A stretch of 64,000 nucleotides of DNA. Source: Phycisphaerae bacterium. GTDB taxonomy: Bacteria > Planctomycetota > Phycisphaerae > UBA1845 > PWPN01. This document shows, piece by piece, positions 8,067 through 16,362 of this stretch; positions within the stretch are counted from its first letter, which is position 1; each line of letters opens with the position of its first letter. Where the stretch lies: positions 5,085 through 69,084 of the forward strand of contig JAGNEZ010000034.1 in the NCBI GenBank assembly GCA_018003015.1. The letters run 5' to 3'. The notes beneath the pieces are model-generated. The model was not told where the DNA came from, ran no database searches, and was given only the letters and a program-made list of their open reading frames with translations. The position numbers and the translations under genes are program-made.

Positions 8067-11000
8067 ATGCGCTCCTTCGACACTCTGATTGTATCCATGC
8101 ATCGTTTCGGCGGTTTTGGGGCACGGGCCGGCATCGCTTTGATGCTGCTCGCCCTGCCGGCGCTGGCGGTGGATACTCACTTCACCGGTGGCGGCGACGG
8201 CATCAACTGGACGAGCGTCAACAATTGGGACAACGGGCAGCCGACCAACAACAGCTTCAACGTCTTCATCGACCAGGGCGGAGCGTTCAGCGTACAGCTC
8301 AACGCTGACCGCACGATCAACGGTTTGACCATTGGTGGCGATGATTCTCTGTCGCTCCTCAACGGCTCCTTCCTCACCTTCGACGGCAGCCTATTGAACG
8401 ACGGTACGCTCGCGGTCAACGCAGGCGGAAGTGCCACCAGGCTGGTCTTTCATGGCGGCGCGATTGGTGGCGCGGGTAAGATCGTGTTGAACGGCGCAAA
8501 CGCGCAAATCAGTGGTTCCGGGACCATGACGCAACAGGTCGGCCACATCATTTCCGGCTTCGGCAGCATTGGACTGAACGTCGTCTCCCTGATCAACGCT
8601 GGTGTGATCGACGCCGACTCAGCAGGCAACGCGCTGGTCCTCGACCCCGCCAATACGGGCGCGGCTCTCACCAACAGCGGCACGCTGCGGGCGTCCAACG
8701 GCGGTCTTCTGCAGCTCACCGGCAGTGGCGGCGGCGGCTTCCACAACACCGGCGGCAGCATCCTGGCCACGGGCGCTGGCTCCGAGGTCCAGCTCTTCAG
8801 CAGTGCGGCCATCGACGGCGGCACCCTGAGTACGGCCGAGGGCGGCGTCATCCGCAACGCCACAAACCAGTCCGCTTTCCTCAGCAATCTGACCAACGCC
8901 GGCACCTTCATCGGCAACAACAACAGCACGACTCACATCGCGGGCACGATGACCAACAACGGCTCGATGACTCTGGCTGCCAGCGTCTCTCAAACCGATC
9001 TGGCCGTGGACGGAGACACTCTGTTGACCGGCAACGGAACGCTGGTATTGAGTAGCGTGGATGCCAACAACAACGCCCGCGTTGTCGGCTCAGGAATCCT
9101 CACCAACGACGTCAATCACGTCATCCAGGGTCAAGGCCAACTCGGCGCCAACGTCATCGGCATCATCAACAACGGACTCGTGGATGCGAACGTTACCGGG
9201 AAAGCACTCGTGATCGATCCCGCCAACACGCCCACCGCCATGATTAATGGCGGGACGCTACGTGCGTCCAACGGCGGGCTTCTGCAGCTCACCGGCAGCG
9301 GCGGCGGCGGCTTCCACAACGACGGCGGCAACATCCTGGCCACGGGTGCCGACTCTGAGGTTCAGCTCTTCAGCAGTGCGGCCATCGACGGCGGCACCCT
9401 GACGACCGCCGAGGGCGGCGTCATCCGCAACGCCACAAACCAGTCCGCTTTCCTCAGCAATCTGACCATCGCCGGTACCCTCATCGCCGACAACAACAGT
9501 ACGACTCACATCGCGGGTACGATCACCAACAACGGCTCGATGACTCTGGCTGCCAGCAGCTCTACTACCGGTCTGGCTGTTGACGGAGACACCCTTCTCA
9601 CCGGCAGCGGCGTGCTGACATTGAGCAGCCTGAATACCCAAAGCAATGCCCGTGTCATTGGCTCAGGCACTCTCACCAACGACACCGGCCACATCATCCA
9701 GGGCCAAGGCCAGCTCGGCACCAACACCGTTAGCATGATCAACAACGGACTTGTCGATGCGAACATCAGTGGGAAAGCTCTTTGGGTTGACCCCGCCAAC
9801 GTCGCGACTGGCCTGATCAATGTCGGTACGATGCGGGCGTCAAACGGCGGGATTCTGCAGCTCACCGGCAGTGGCGGCGGCGGATTCCACAACGACGGCG
9901 GAACCATCCTGGCCACGGGCGCCGGCTCGGAGGTCCAGCTCTACAACAGTGCGGCCATCGACGGCGGCACCCTGGCGACTGCCGACGGAGGTGTCATCCG
10001 GAACGACACGGACGAGGCCGCGTATCTCAGAGATCTGACCAACGCCGGCACCTTCATCGGCAACAACAACAGCACGACTCACATTGCGGGCACGATTACC
10101 AACAACGGCACCATGACCGTCAATGCTGGTGTTAGTACGACGAACCTGAACGTCGATACCGCCGCGACGTTGGCCGGGAGCGGAAGCGTCACTCTCAGCG
10201 GCGCGAACGCCCGGGTCGTCGGCACCGGCATGCTCACCAACACCGCCGGCCACACGATCCAGGGCCAAGGCAACCTCGGCGTGAACACCATCGCCTTGGT
10301 CAACGAAGGTCTCATCGACGCCAATGTTACCGGCGCAGGCCTGGTCGTGGATCCCGCCAACGTCCCTACCGGTGTGACCAACGCCAGCACGATGCGGGCG
10401 TCGAACGGCGGGTTGCTGCAGTTCACCGGCAGCGCCGGCGGCGGATTCCACAACGACGGCGGAACCATCTTGGCCACGGGCGCTGGCTCCGAGGTTCAGC
10501 TCTTCAGTAGTGCGACCATCGACGGCGGCACCCTGAGTACGGCCGATGGCGGCGTCATCCGGAACGCCACGAACGAGGCCGCGTATCTCAGAGATCTGAC
10601 CAACGCCGGCACCTTCATCGGCAACAACAACAGCACGACTCACATTGCGGGCACGATCACCAACAACGGCACCATGACCATCAACGCCGGCGCCAGTACG
10701 ACGAGTCTGAACGTTGATACCGCCGCGACGCTGACCGGAAGCGGAAGCGTCACTCTCAGCGGCGTGAACGCCCGAGTTGCGGGCACCGGCATGCTCACCA
10801 ACACCGCCGGCCACACGATCCAGGGCCAAGGCAACCTCGGCGTGAACACCGTCGCCCTGGTCAACGAAGGTCTCATCGACGCCAATGTCACCGGCGCCGG
10901 CCTGGTCGTGGATCCCTCCACCGTTCCCACCGGTGTGACCAATACCAGCACGATGCGGGCGTCGAACGGCGGGTTGCTGCAGTTCACCGGCAGCGCCGGC

Positions 11001-14000
11001 GGCGGATTCCACAACGACGGCGGAACCATCTTGGCCACGGGCGCCGGCTCGGAGGTCCAGCTCTACAACGGTACGGCCATCGACGGTGGTATTCTGACGA
11101 CTGCCGACGGAGGCGTCATCCGGAATGCCACGAACGAGGCCGCGTATCTCCGAGATCTGACCAACGCCGGCACCTTCATCGGCAACAACAACAGCACGAC
11201 TCACATTGCGGGCACGATTACCAACAACGGCACCATGACCATCAATGCTGGTGTTAGTACGACGAACCTGAACGTCGATACCGCCGCGACGTTGGCCGGG
11301 AGCGGAAGCGTCACTCTCAGCGGCGCGAACGCCCGGGTCGTCGGCACCGGCACGCTCACCAACGCCGCCGGCCACACGATCCAAGGCCAGGGCAACCTCG
11401 GCGCGAACACCATCGCCCTGGTCAACGAAGGTCTCATCGACGCCAACGTCAACGGCGCTGTGCTGGTCTTGGATCCCTCCATCACCTCCACCGGCGTTAC
11501 CAACAATGCTGTTCTTGAGGCCAGCGACAGCGGCATCATGCAGCTCACCGGCAGCGCCGGCGGTGCCTTTACCAACAACGGCATCATGCAGGCACTCGAC
11601 GGCTCCACCATCCAGACCATCAACGGAGGTGTCGTGACCAACAACATCGCCGGAACGCTTACCGGCGGCACCTATCGTTCCGTCTCCACCGGTAATGCTG
11701 CCAGCGTCGCCCTCAACGGGCCGGGCATCTCCACGATCGCCGCCAACACCACCGTTGAACTCTCGGGCGCGACCGCCACCATGACCTTTGGCGGCACGAA
11801 CCTGCAAAGCTCGCTGGCCACCAACAACGGCACATTGAAGGTCCACGATGGCCACACGTTCAGTATGGCCAACGCCCTGACCAACAATGGCCTAGTCAGG
11901 CTAGGAGGCACCGATTTGGCCGATGCCGTGCTCAACAGCGGCGGGAACATCACCAACAGCGCTACCGGCGAGGTTGCCGGCCACGGTACGATCGAGGACA
12001 CCATTTTCAACTCCGGCCTCGTCCGAGCCGCCGGCGGCACGCTGACCATGCACGGCCTGATCGACGGACAGTCGGGTACGATTCAGATCGACCCCGGGGC
12101 GTCACTCGACCTGTCCGGCGCGGGCGGCGATTCCGACGCCGACTTCCTCACCCACAACGGCGTGAACCTCAACCTGGGTGCCAACAATGTCCTCGTCCGG
12201 AAGGACTACACCAACGCCGGCTTTGGCACGGGCAACAGCTTCAACGGCCGGGCCAATGTGACCGGCACGGGACTGATCCTGGCCGATCCGGCGGTAGCCC
12301 AGGCACTCAACGGCGATGTCTCCGGCGGAACCGGCGCTGGGCCGAGTATGGACTTCGGCAACATTCGGGTGGGCGACAGTGCGACCAAGAGCTACGCGGT
12401 GAACAATGTCGGGGCAGCAGGTCCTGTCCTGCGTGGTGCCCTCCAGACTGACAACACTGCCGGCAACGGCGGCAACATCACCGACTCCCGTCTCACTGGC
12501 AGCGGCGTGACCGCCCAGAACTACGGCGTCCTTGGCAACAACTCGGCCAGCGGCAGCTTTGACGTGACCTTTGCGAGCACCTCCGCCGGCGCTCTGACCG
12601 GCCAGCAGGTTGCCATCGTCAACAACTTCGACAACGTGGCCGACCAGACCCTCACCATCACCGGCGCTGCCTACAATCCCGCGGTTGCCAGGATTGCGCC
12701 CAGTGCCATTAACCTGGGCAACTTCCACGTGGGTGACGTTGTTCCAGGGCAAGCCATCAGTATCTCGAATGCCGCGCCGGCCGGCCCCTACAGCGAAGAC
12801 TTGCGAGCTCAGAACATCATGGCCAACCCGGATGCAGTGCTGGGGGCAGGCAGCCCGTCAGCGGTCGATGTGCTCGCCGGGGCGACCAATACGGAGGTTT
12901 CCGTGTCGATCGGCACGGCAACCGCCGGCAGCAAGACCGGCAAGGTCACGATGGATCTCATGTCCAACGCCACGGTGGGCGGTGTCTCCATTCCCGGCCT
13001 GAGCCCCTTGTCGCTGGGGCAGGGAGAAGTCAAAGTCAATGCGACGGTGTACCGCCTTGGGGTCCCATCAGTTGCCACGCCGGTCGATCTCGGCGAGTTC
13101 CATGTCGGCGGCTTGGCCGTCGGCAGTGCGGTTGTGGGTAACACCGCCGTCAATGACGGCTACTCTGAATCGATCAAGGCACAGATCGCCAGTTTCTCGC
13201 CCGACATCATCGCCGCGAGCGGTACGGCGACGGTCGCACCCGGGGGCAACAGCGGCGGAAGCCTCACCGCCCAGATCAGCACGGCCACTGCGGGCGCCAA
13301 GAGTGGTACGGTGAGTATCAAGCTCGGCTCGCTGGCCGCCGCAGCCGGGTTGGCCGATACGGACCTCGGTTCACAGAACGCGGCGTTCACCGCCAAGGTT
13401 TACAACCTCGCCGCTCCGGTGGTGAACAACATCCAGCCGATCGACTTTGGCATTATCCATGTCGGCGACACTGTCTCAACGGCACTTTCGATCACTAATG
13501 GTGCTGCGGGCGGCGGCTTCTCCGAGAACCTCAACGCGAGCTTCGGGACTCCTGATAGCGGCATTACCACGAACGGCGGGTCCATCTCGCTGTTGACGGC
13601 CCAGGCCGTCGATTCGATATCCATGGCGATCGCGGTGAATACGCTCACGAACCGGATCGTCAGCGGGAGGGTGCCGATCAGCCTCCAGTCCGATGGCACC
13701 GGCGTGAACAGCCTGGGACGAACCGACCTCGGTATACAGAGCGTCAATGTGCAGGCTCAAGTCAACAGCTACGCCGATGCCCTGTTCAGCATGATTTCTG
13801 GCGACGGCAACTTCATCATGAACAGTGTTACCGACTACTCGCTGGACCTTGGAACAGTCATGCAGAATGCTGCGGACCCAACCACCATGCTGAGCCTGCT
13901 CAACGACGTGCATGGGCCAGCGGACGATCTGGCGGGCTCCTATGTGCTGACCGCATCGGGGTTTGCGCTGAGCGGGTTCGAGGATTTCTCCGGGCTCACG

Positions 14001-14234
14001 GCAGGCAGTTCGATTGCGGACCTGAGCGTGGCCCTCAACACAGCCAACCTGGGACAGATGACCGGCACCATCACCCTGACGCCTCGGAGCGAGAACGCCT
14101 CCGGCTTCAGCGGTTTCCAGCCGGACATTCTGATCCATCTTTCCGGCGAAGTTGTGCCTGAACCGTGCTGCCTTGCCTTGTGCCTGCTGTCCGCAGGAAT
14201 ACTCCTTGGGCGTGCGAAAGGCCGTCGGCGGTGA
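8067..14234 (+). CDS. Giant PEP-CTERM-anchored repetitive surface protein (2055 aa)
   Basis: Signal peptide (GIALMLLALPALA-VD). Five full and one degenerate 187-191-aa Gly/Asn/Thr-rich repeats, then further beta-helix-like sequence. Next come four to five ~120-aa modules opening with (D/N)(F/L)Gx(F/I)(H/R)VGD. The C-terminal sorting signal is VPEP + hydrophobic CCLALCLLSAGILLG + RAKGRRR (nt 14151-14231). Confidence 0.9.
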   Translation: MRSFDTLIVSMHRFGGFGARAGIALMLLALPALAVDTHFTGGGDGINWTSVNNWDNGQPTNNSFNVFIDQGGAFSVQLNADRTINGLTIGGDDSLSLLNGSFLTFDGSLLNDGTLAVNAGGSATRLVFHGGAIGGAGKIVLNGANAQISGSGTMTQQVGHIISGFGSIGLNVVSLINAGVIDADSAGNALVLDPANTGAALTNSGTLRASNGGLLQLTGSGGGGFHNTGGSILATGAGSEVQLFSSAAIDGGTLSTAEGGVIRNATNQSAFLSNLTNAGTFIGNNNSTTHIAGTMTNNGSMTLAASVSQTDLAVDGDTLLTGNGTLVLSSVDANNNARVVGSGILTNDVNHVIQGQGQLGANVIGIINNGLVDANVTGKALVIDPANTPTAMINGGTLRASNGGLLQLTGSGGGGFHNDGGNILATGADSEVQLFSSAAIDGGTLTTAEGGVIRNATNQSAFLSNLTIAGTLIADNNSTTHIAGTITNNGSMTLAASSSTTGLAVDGDTLLTGSGVLTLSSLNTQSNARVIGSGTLTNDTGHIIQGQGQLGTNTVSMINNGLVDANISGKALWVDPANVATGLINVGTMRASNGGILQLTGSGGGGFHNDGGTILATGAGSEVQLYNSAAIDGGTLATADGGVIRNDTDEAAYLRDLTNAGTFIGNNNSTTHIAGTITNNGTMTVNAGVSTTNLNVDTAATLAGSGSVTLSGANARVVGTGMLTNTAGHTIQGQGNLGVNTIALVNEGLIDANVTGAGLVVDPANVPTGVTNASTMRASNGGLLQFTGSAGGGFHNDGGTILATGAGSEVQLFSSATIDGGTLSTADGGVIRNATNEAAYLRDLTNAGTFIGNNNSTTHIAGTITNNGTMTINAGASTTSLNVDTAATLTGSGSVTLSGVNARVAGTGMLTNTAGHTIQGQGNLGVNTVALVNEGLIDANVTGAGLVVDPSTVPTGVTNTSTMRASNGGLLQFTGSAGGGFHNDGGTILATGAGSEVQLYNGTAIDGGILTTADGGVIRNATNEAAYLRDLTNAGTFIGNNNSTTHIAGTITNNGTMTINAGVSTTNLNVDTAATLAGSGSVTLSGANARVVGTGTLTNAAGHTIQGQGNLGANTIALVNEGLIDANVNGAVLVLDPSITSTGVTNNAVLEASDSGIMQLTGSAGGAFTNNGIMQALDGSTIQTINGGVVTNNIAGTLTGGTYRSVSTGNAASVALNGPGISTIAANTTVELSGATATMTFGGTNLQSSLATNNGTLKVHDGHTFSMANALTNNGLVRLGGTDLADAVLNSGGNITNSATGEVAGHGTIEDTIFNSGLVRAAGGTLTMHGLIDGQSGTIQIDPGASLDLSGAGGDSDADFLTHNGVNLNLGANNVLVRKDYTNAGFGTGNSFNGRANVTGTGLILADPAVAQALNGDVSGGTGAGPSMDFGNIRVGDSATKSYAVNNVGAAGPVLRGALQTDNTAGNGGNITDSRLTGSGVTAQNYGVLGNNSASGSFDVTFASTSAGALTGQQVAIVNNFDNVADQTLTITGAAYNPAVARIAPSAINLGNFHVGDVVPGQAISISNAAPAGPYSEDLRAQNIMANPDAVLGAGSPSAVDVLAGATNTEVSVSIGTATAGSKTGKVTMDLMSNATVGGVSIPGLSPLSLGQGEVKVNATVYRLGVPSVATPVDLGEFHVGGLAVGSAVVGNTAVNDGYSESIKAQIASFSPDIIAASGTATVAPGGNSGGSLTAQISTATAGAKSGTVSIKLGSLAAAAGLADTDLGSQNAAFTAKVYNLAAPVVNNIQPIDFGIIHVGDTVSTALSITNGAAGGGFSENLNASFGTPDSGITTNGGSISLLTAQAVDSISMAIAVNTLTNRIVSGRVPISLQSDGTGVNSLGRTDLGIQSVNVQAQVNSYADALFSMISGDGNFIMNSVTDYSLDLGTVMQNAADPTTMLSLLNDVHGPADDLAGSYVLTASGFALSGFEDFSGLTAGSSIADLSVALNTANLGQMTGTITLTPRSENASGFSGFQPDILIHLSGEVVPEPCCLALCLLSAGILLGRAKGRRR
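8514..11342 (+). repeat. In-frame tandem repeat array inside the PEP-CTERM gene: 2 x 573 nt then 3 x 561 nt, followed by a degenerate sixth copy
   Basis: Unit starts (GSG/GTG codons) lie at 8514, 9087, 9660, 10221 and 10782, with a degenerate copy from 11343. The landmark ACGACTCACAT recurs at 8931, 9504, 10077, 10638 and 11199, giving spacings of 573, 573, 561 and 561. Confidence 0.95.
12351..13790 (+). repeat. Four divergent ~120-aa beta-sandwich-like modules (protein-level repeats) in the C-terminal third of the PEP-CTERM protein
   Basis: Module openings: DFGNIRVGDSATKSYAVNN (12351), NLGNFHVGDVVPGQAISISN (12711), DLGEFHVGGLAVGSAVVGN (13086), DFGIIHVGDTVSTALSITN (13443). Each ends with a GxxxGxVxI/M-type strand and a (V/A)xVY(R/N)L linker. 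A possible fifth degenerate copy starts near 13845. Confidence 0.7.
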
Positions 14235-14518
14235 GCGTCCGGCAGGCTGCATGACGAGCAACCGGCACCGGGAGGTGCTAGAGTCGGTTTCACCAGGCTC
14301 AGAGAACGGGGGCAAAACACACAGGCGGATTGTCGCGTTGGCCGGTTTCCCTCTGGCAAACCGCCGAACGGGGGTTATGATACCACTTCATCTGTGGCAC
14401 GTGTCGCAGGCCTTGGCGGGAGCGGGCGCGGCTTCCGTGGGGCAGAGCGAGGAAGGGGTTGGCCATGAGCATCGGCCGGCCCCGGGATGGCACCATTCAT
14501 CATTGGAAGGAGAACACG

Positions 14519-16195
14519 ATGGCCAACGAAAGCCTACCTGCTTATCTGGCGTCGGCGAAGCCGAACCCGCTTGCCAACCGGGCTCCGTGGTACAAGAACA
14601 CGGCCCAGACGTTTGCGGGGATTTTCCTCTGGTTTGCGTTTTATGATCAGTTAGCGGGCACCCAGGCGGGGCCTGGTGCGCTGGCCATGGGAGGCCTGGG
14701 GACGGCCATCCTGGGGCTGATTGCAGCCGGCCTGATCTGTCACTTTCTCTTCTATCTTGTGCCGGGCATGCTGGGCATGAAGACGGGATACCCGCTGTAC
14801 ATTGTGGGGACGAGCACGTTTGGCACCAAGGGCGGTTACTTCCTGCCGGGCATTTTCATGGGTCTGTTGCAGATCGGTTGGTACAGCGTCGCGACCTACT
14901 ACGCGACCAAGCTGGTGTTGGCTGGCTTCAACATGACCGACCCGCACGACAATACGCTATTTGGTCCGCCGCCGCCGGGTGGCCAGAATGCGTTCAGCCT
15001 GGTTTTCGTGGTGATGGCGGTGATCTGGGGTTACCTGTTTGCCTTCCTGGGGGGGATGGGTATTGGCATGGTAGCCCGGCTGGCGACGTATTTTCCGATT
15101 GTGCCGATCGTGCTGCTGATCATTGCGGCGGGCATGGCCTCGAAGCATTTGGGCAGCTTTGATCGCGAGCAGGTGGCGCGGAACAGTGTGGCCGCCCAGT
15201 CGGTGATCAACGCGGCGGTTGACGTGGCGAAAGTCCAGGCCGCGGCCGAGGGCAAGAGTGAGGCCGAGGTCAAGGCGGCAGGCGAGAAGGTGGCCGGCGA
15301 TATGACCAAGGCCACGGTCGACCCGGTAGTTCTTGCGGCCGCCAAGATTGATGACAAAGGCCAGGCGATCATTGATGGGCTGAAGCTTGCGGGTTTTCTG
15401 TTGATGATCCAGCTGGTGGTGGGTTTCACGGCCACCGCGGGGGCGTGTGGTGCTGATTTCTGCAGCGCGAACCGTCATGGGGATGACGTTCAGAAGGGTG
15501 GTCTGACCGGGATTGCCCTGGCGATTGTCTTTGCTGGCGGGCTGGCCATGGTGACCGTGGCGGGTGCCCAGGGTGCGCTGAATGCGGGGATTGCCGGTGG
15601 CGAGGTCCAGTATGGCCAGTTGACGAACTACACGTTTGGCGGTTCGCTGGGGGTGCTGAGCAAGACGCTGGGTGGGCAGGTCATGCCGATTCTGTTTGCA
15701 CTTGGCTCGGTTGCCTCGGCGTGCTTCTGTTCTTTCATCATTGGCAACAGTCTATCGACGATGCTGGCCAAGCCGAAGGCTCGGGTGGCGATTACGATGG
15801 CGGGGGCGACGATTGGCATTGTCCTGGCGGCGTTGGGCGTGGCGGGCAATCTGGCTGGGTTCTTTGGTCTGATCGGGGCGTCGTTTGGCCCGGTGATTGG
15901 GGCGATGATCGCTGATTACCTGCTGAGCGGTCGTCGCTGGGTTGGCCCGCGTGAGGGGGTGAGTATTCCTGGGTATGCTGCGTGGTTGATCGGCTTCCTG
16001 GTTGGCATTTCGAACAACAACTTCCTCTTCGGCGAGAATCCGCCGGTGCCGGGCTGGTTCCCGACGGGAGTGGCCTCCCTGGTGGTCGGCTTCATCGTTT
16101 ATGCGGTGCTGGCCAAGGCGGGCATGGAAGGCAAGCGGGTACCGTATGAGCTCGGCCCGACGGATGCGTCTAAGGCGGACGTTGTCCAGGTTTAG
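14519..16195 (+). CDS. NCS1/cytosine-purine permease-like membrane transporter with a hydrophilic insertion
   Basis: Multi-TM protein. The stretch GYPLYIVGTSTFGTKGGYFLPGIFMGLLQIGWYSVATYY resembles the NCS1/CodB core (SRxSFGxxGxxLPxLLxxxxxIGWFGVQ). Start set at MANESLPAYL (ATG 14519) because GGAAGGAGAA lies upstream; the ORF track begins at 14459. Confidence 0.6.
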   Translation: MANESLPAYLASAKPNPLANRAPWYKNTAQTFAGIFLWFAFYDQLAGTQAGPGALAMGGLGTAILGLIAAGLICHFLFYLVPGMLGMKTGYPLYIVGTSTFGTKGGYFLPGIFMGLLQIGWYSVATYYATKLVLAGFNMTDPHDNTLFGPPPPGGQNAFSLVFVVMAVIWGYLFAFLGGMGIGMVARLATYFPIVPIVLLIIAAGMASKHLGSFDREQVARNSVAAQSVINAAVDVAKVQAAAEGKSEAEVKAAGEKVAGDMTKATVDPVVLAAAKIDDKGQAIIDGLKLAGFLLMIQLVVGFTATAGACGADFCSANRHGDDVQKGGLTGIALAIVFAGGLAMVTVAGAQGALNAGIAGGEVQYGQLTNYTFGGSLGVLSKTLGGQVMPILFALGSVASACFCSFIIGNSLSTMLAKPKARVAITMAGATIGIVLAALGVAGNLAGFFGLIGASFGPVIGAMIADYLLSGRRWVGPREGVSIPGYAAWLIGFLVGISNNNFLFGENPPVPGWFPTGVASLVVGFIVYAVLAKAGMEGKRVPYELGPTDASKADVVQV

Positions 16196-16234
16196 TCGGG
16201 GCGCCGGGTTCGGAGACACGGGTTCGATTTCAGG

Positions 16235-16264
16235 GGCCGGGACCTCCGTGAAGGAGTGTCCCGG
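16235..16264 (+). terminator. Strong stem-loop immediately after the permease gene (candidate intrinsic terminator)
   Basis: GCCGGGAC-CTCC-gtgaa-GGAG-t-GTCCCGGC gives about 12 paired positions. It starts 40 nt after the stop at 16195 and is followed by a T-containing but not pure U-tract (tcctggcgttgttgg). Confidence 0.4.
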
Positions 16265-16362
16265 CTCCTGGCGTTGTTGGCGCTCGGGGCTGGGGGACAG
16301 TAACCTACGGATGGCGGCCCCAGGGGAGGCGGGGTCTCCGGCCGTGGGATGGATTCAGGTAC

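Noticed and set aside
8514-11650. Regularly spaced repeats that might be mistaken for a CRISPR array or a satellite.
   Set aside because: The units are 561-573 nt, directly abutting with no spacers. They maintain one long reading frame with a conserved protein repeat. They are coding tandem repeats.
14395-14410. TGGCACGTGTCGCAGG upstream of the permease gene, which resembles a sigma-54 -24 element.
   Set aside because: The GC of the putative -12 element is two positions too close to the GG (8 rather than 10 intervening nt), so it does not fit the rigid -24/-12 spacing.
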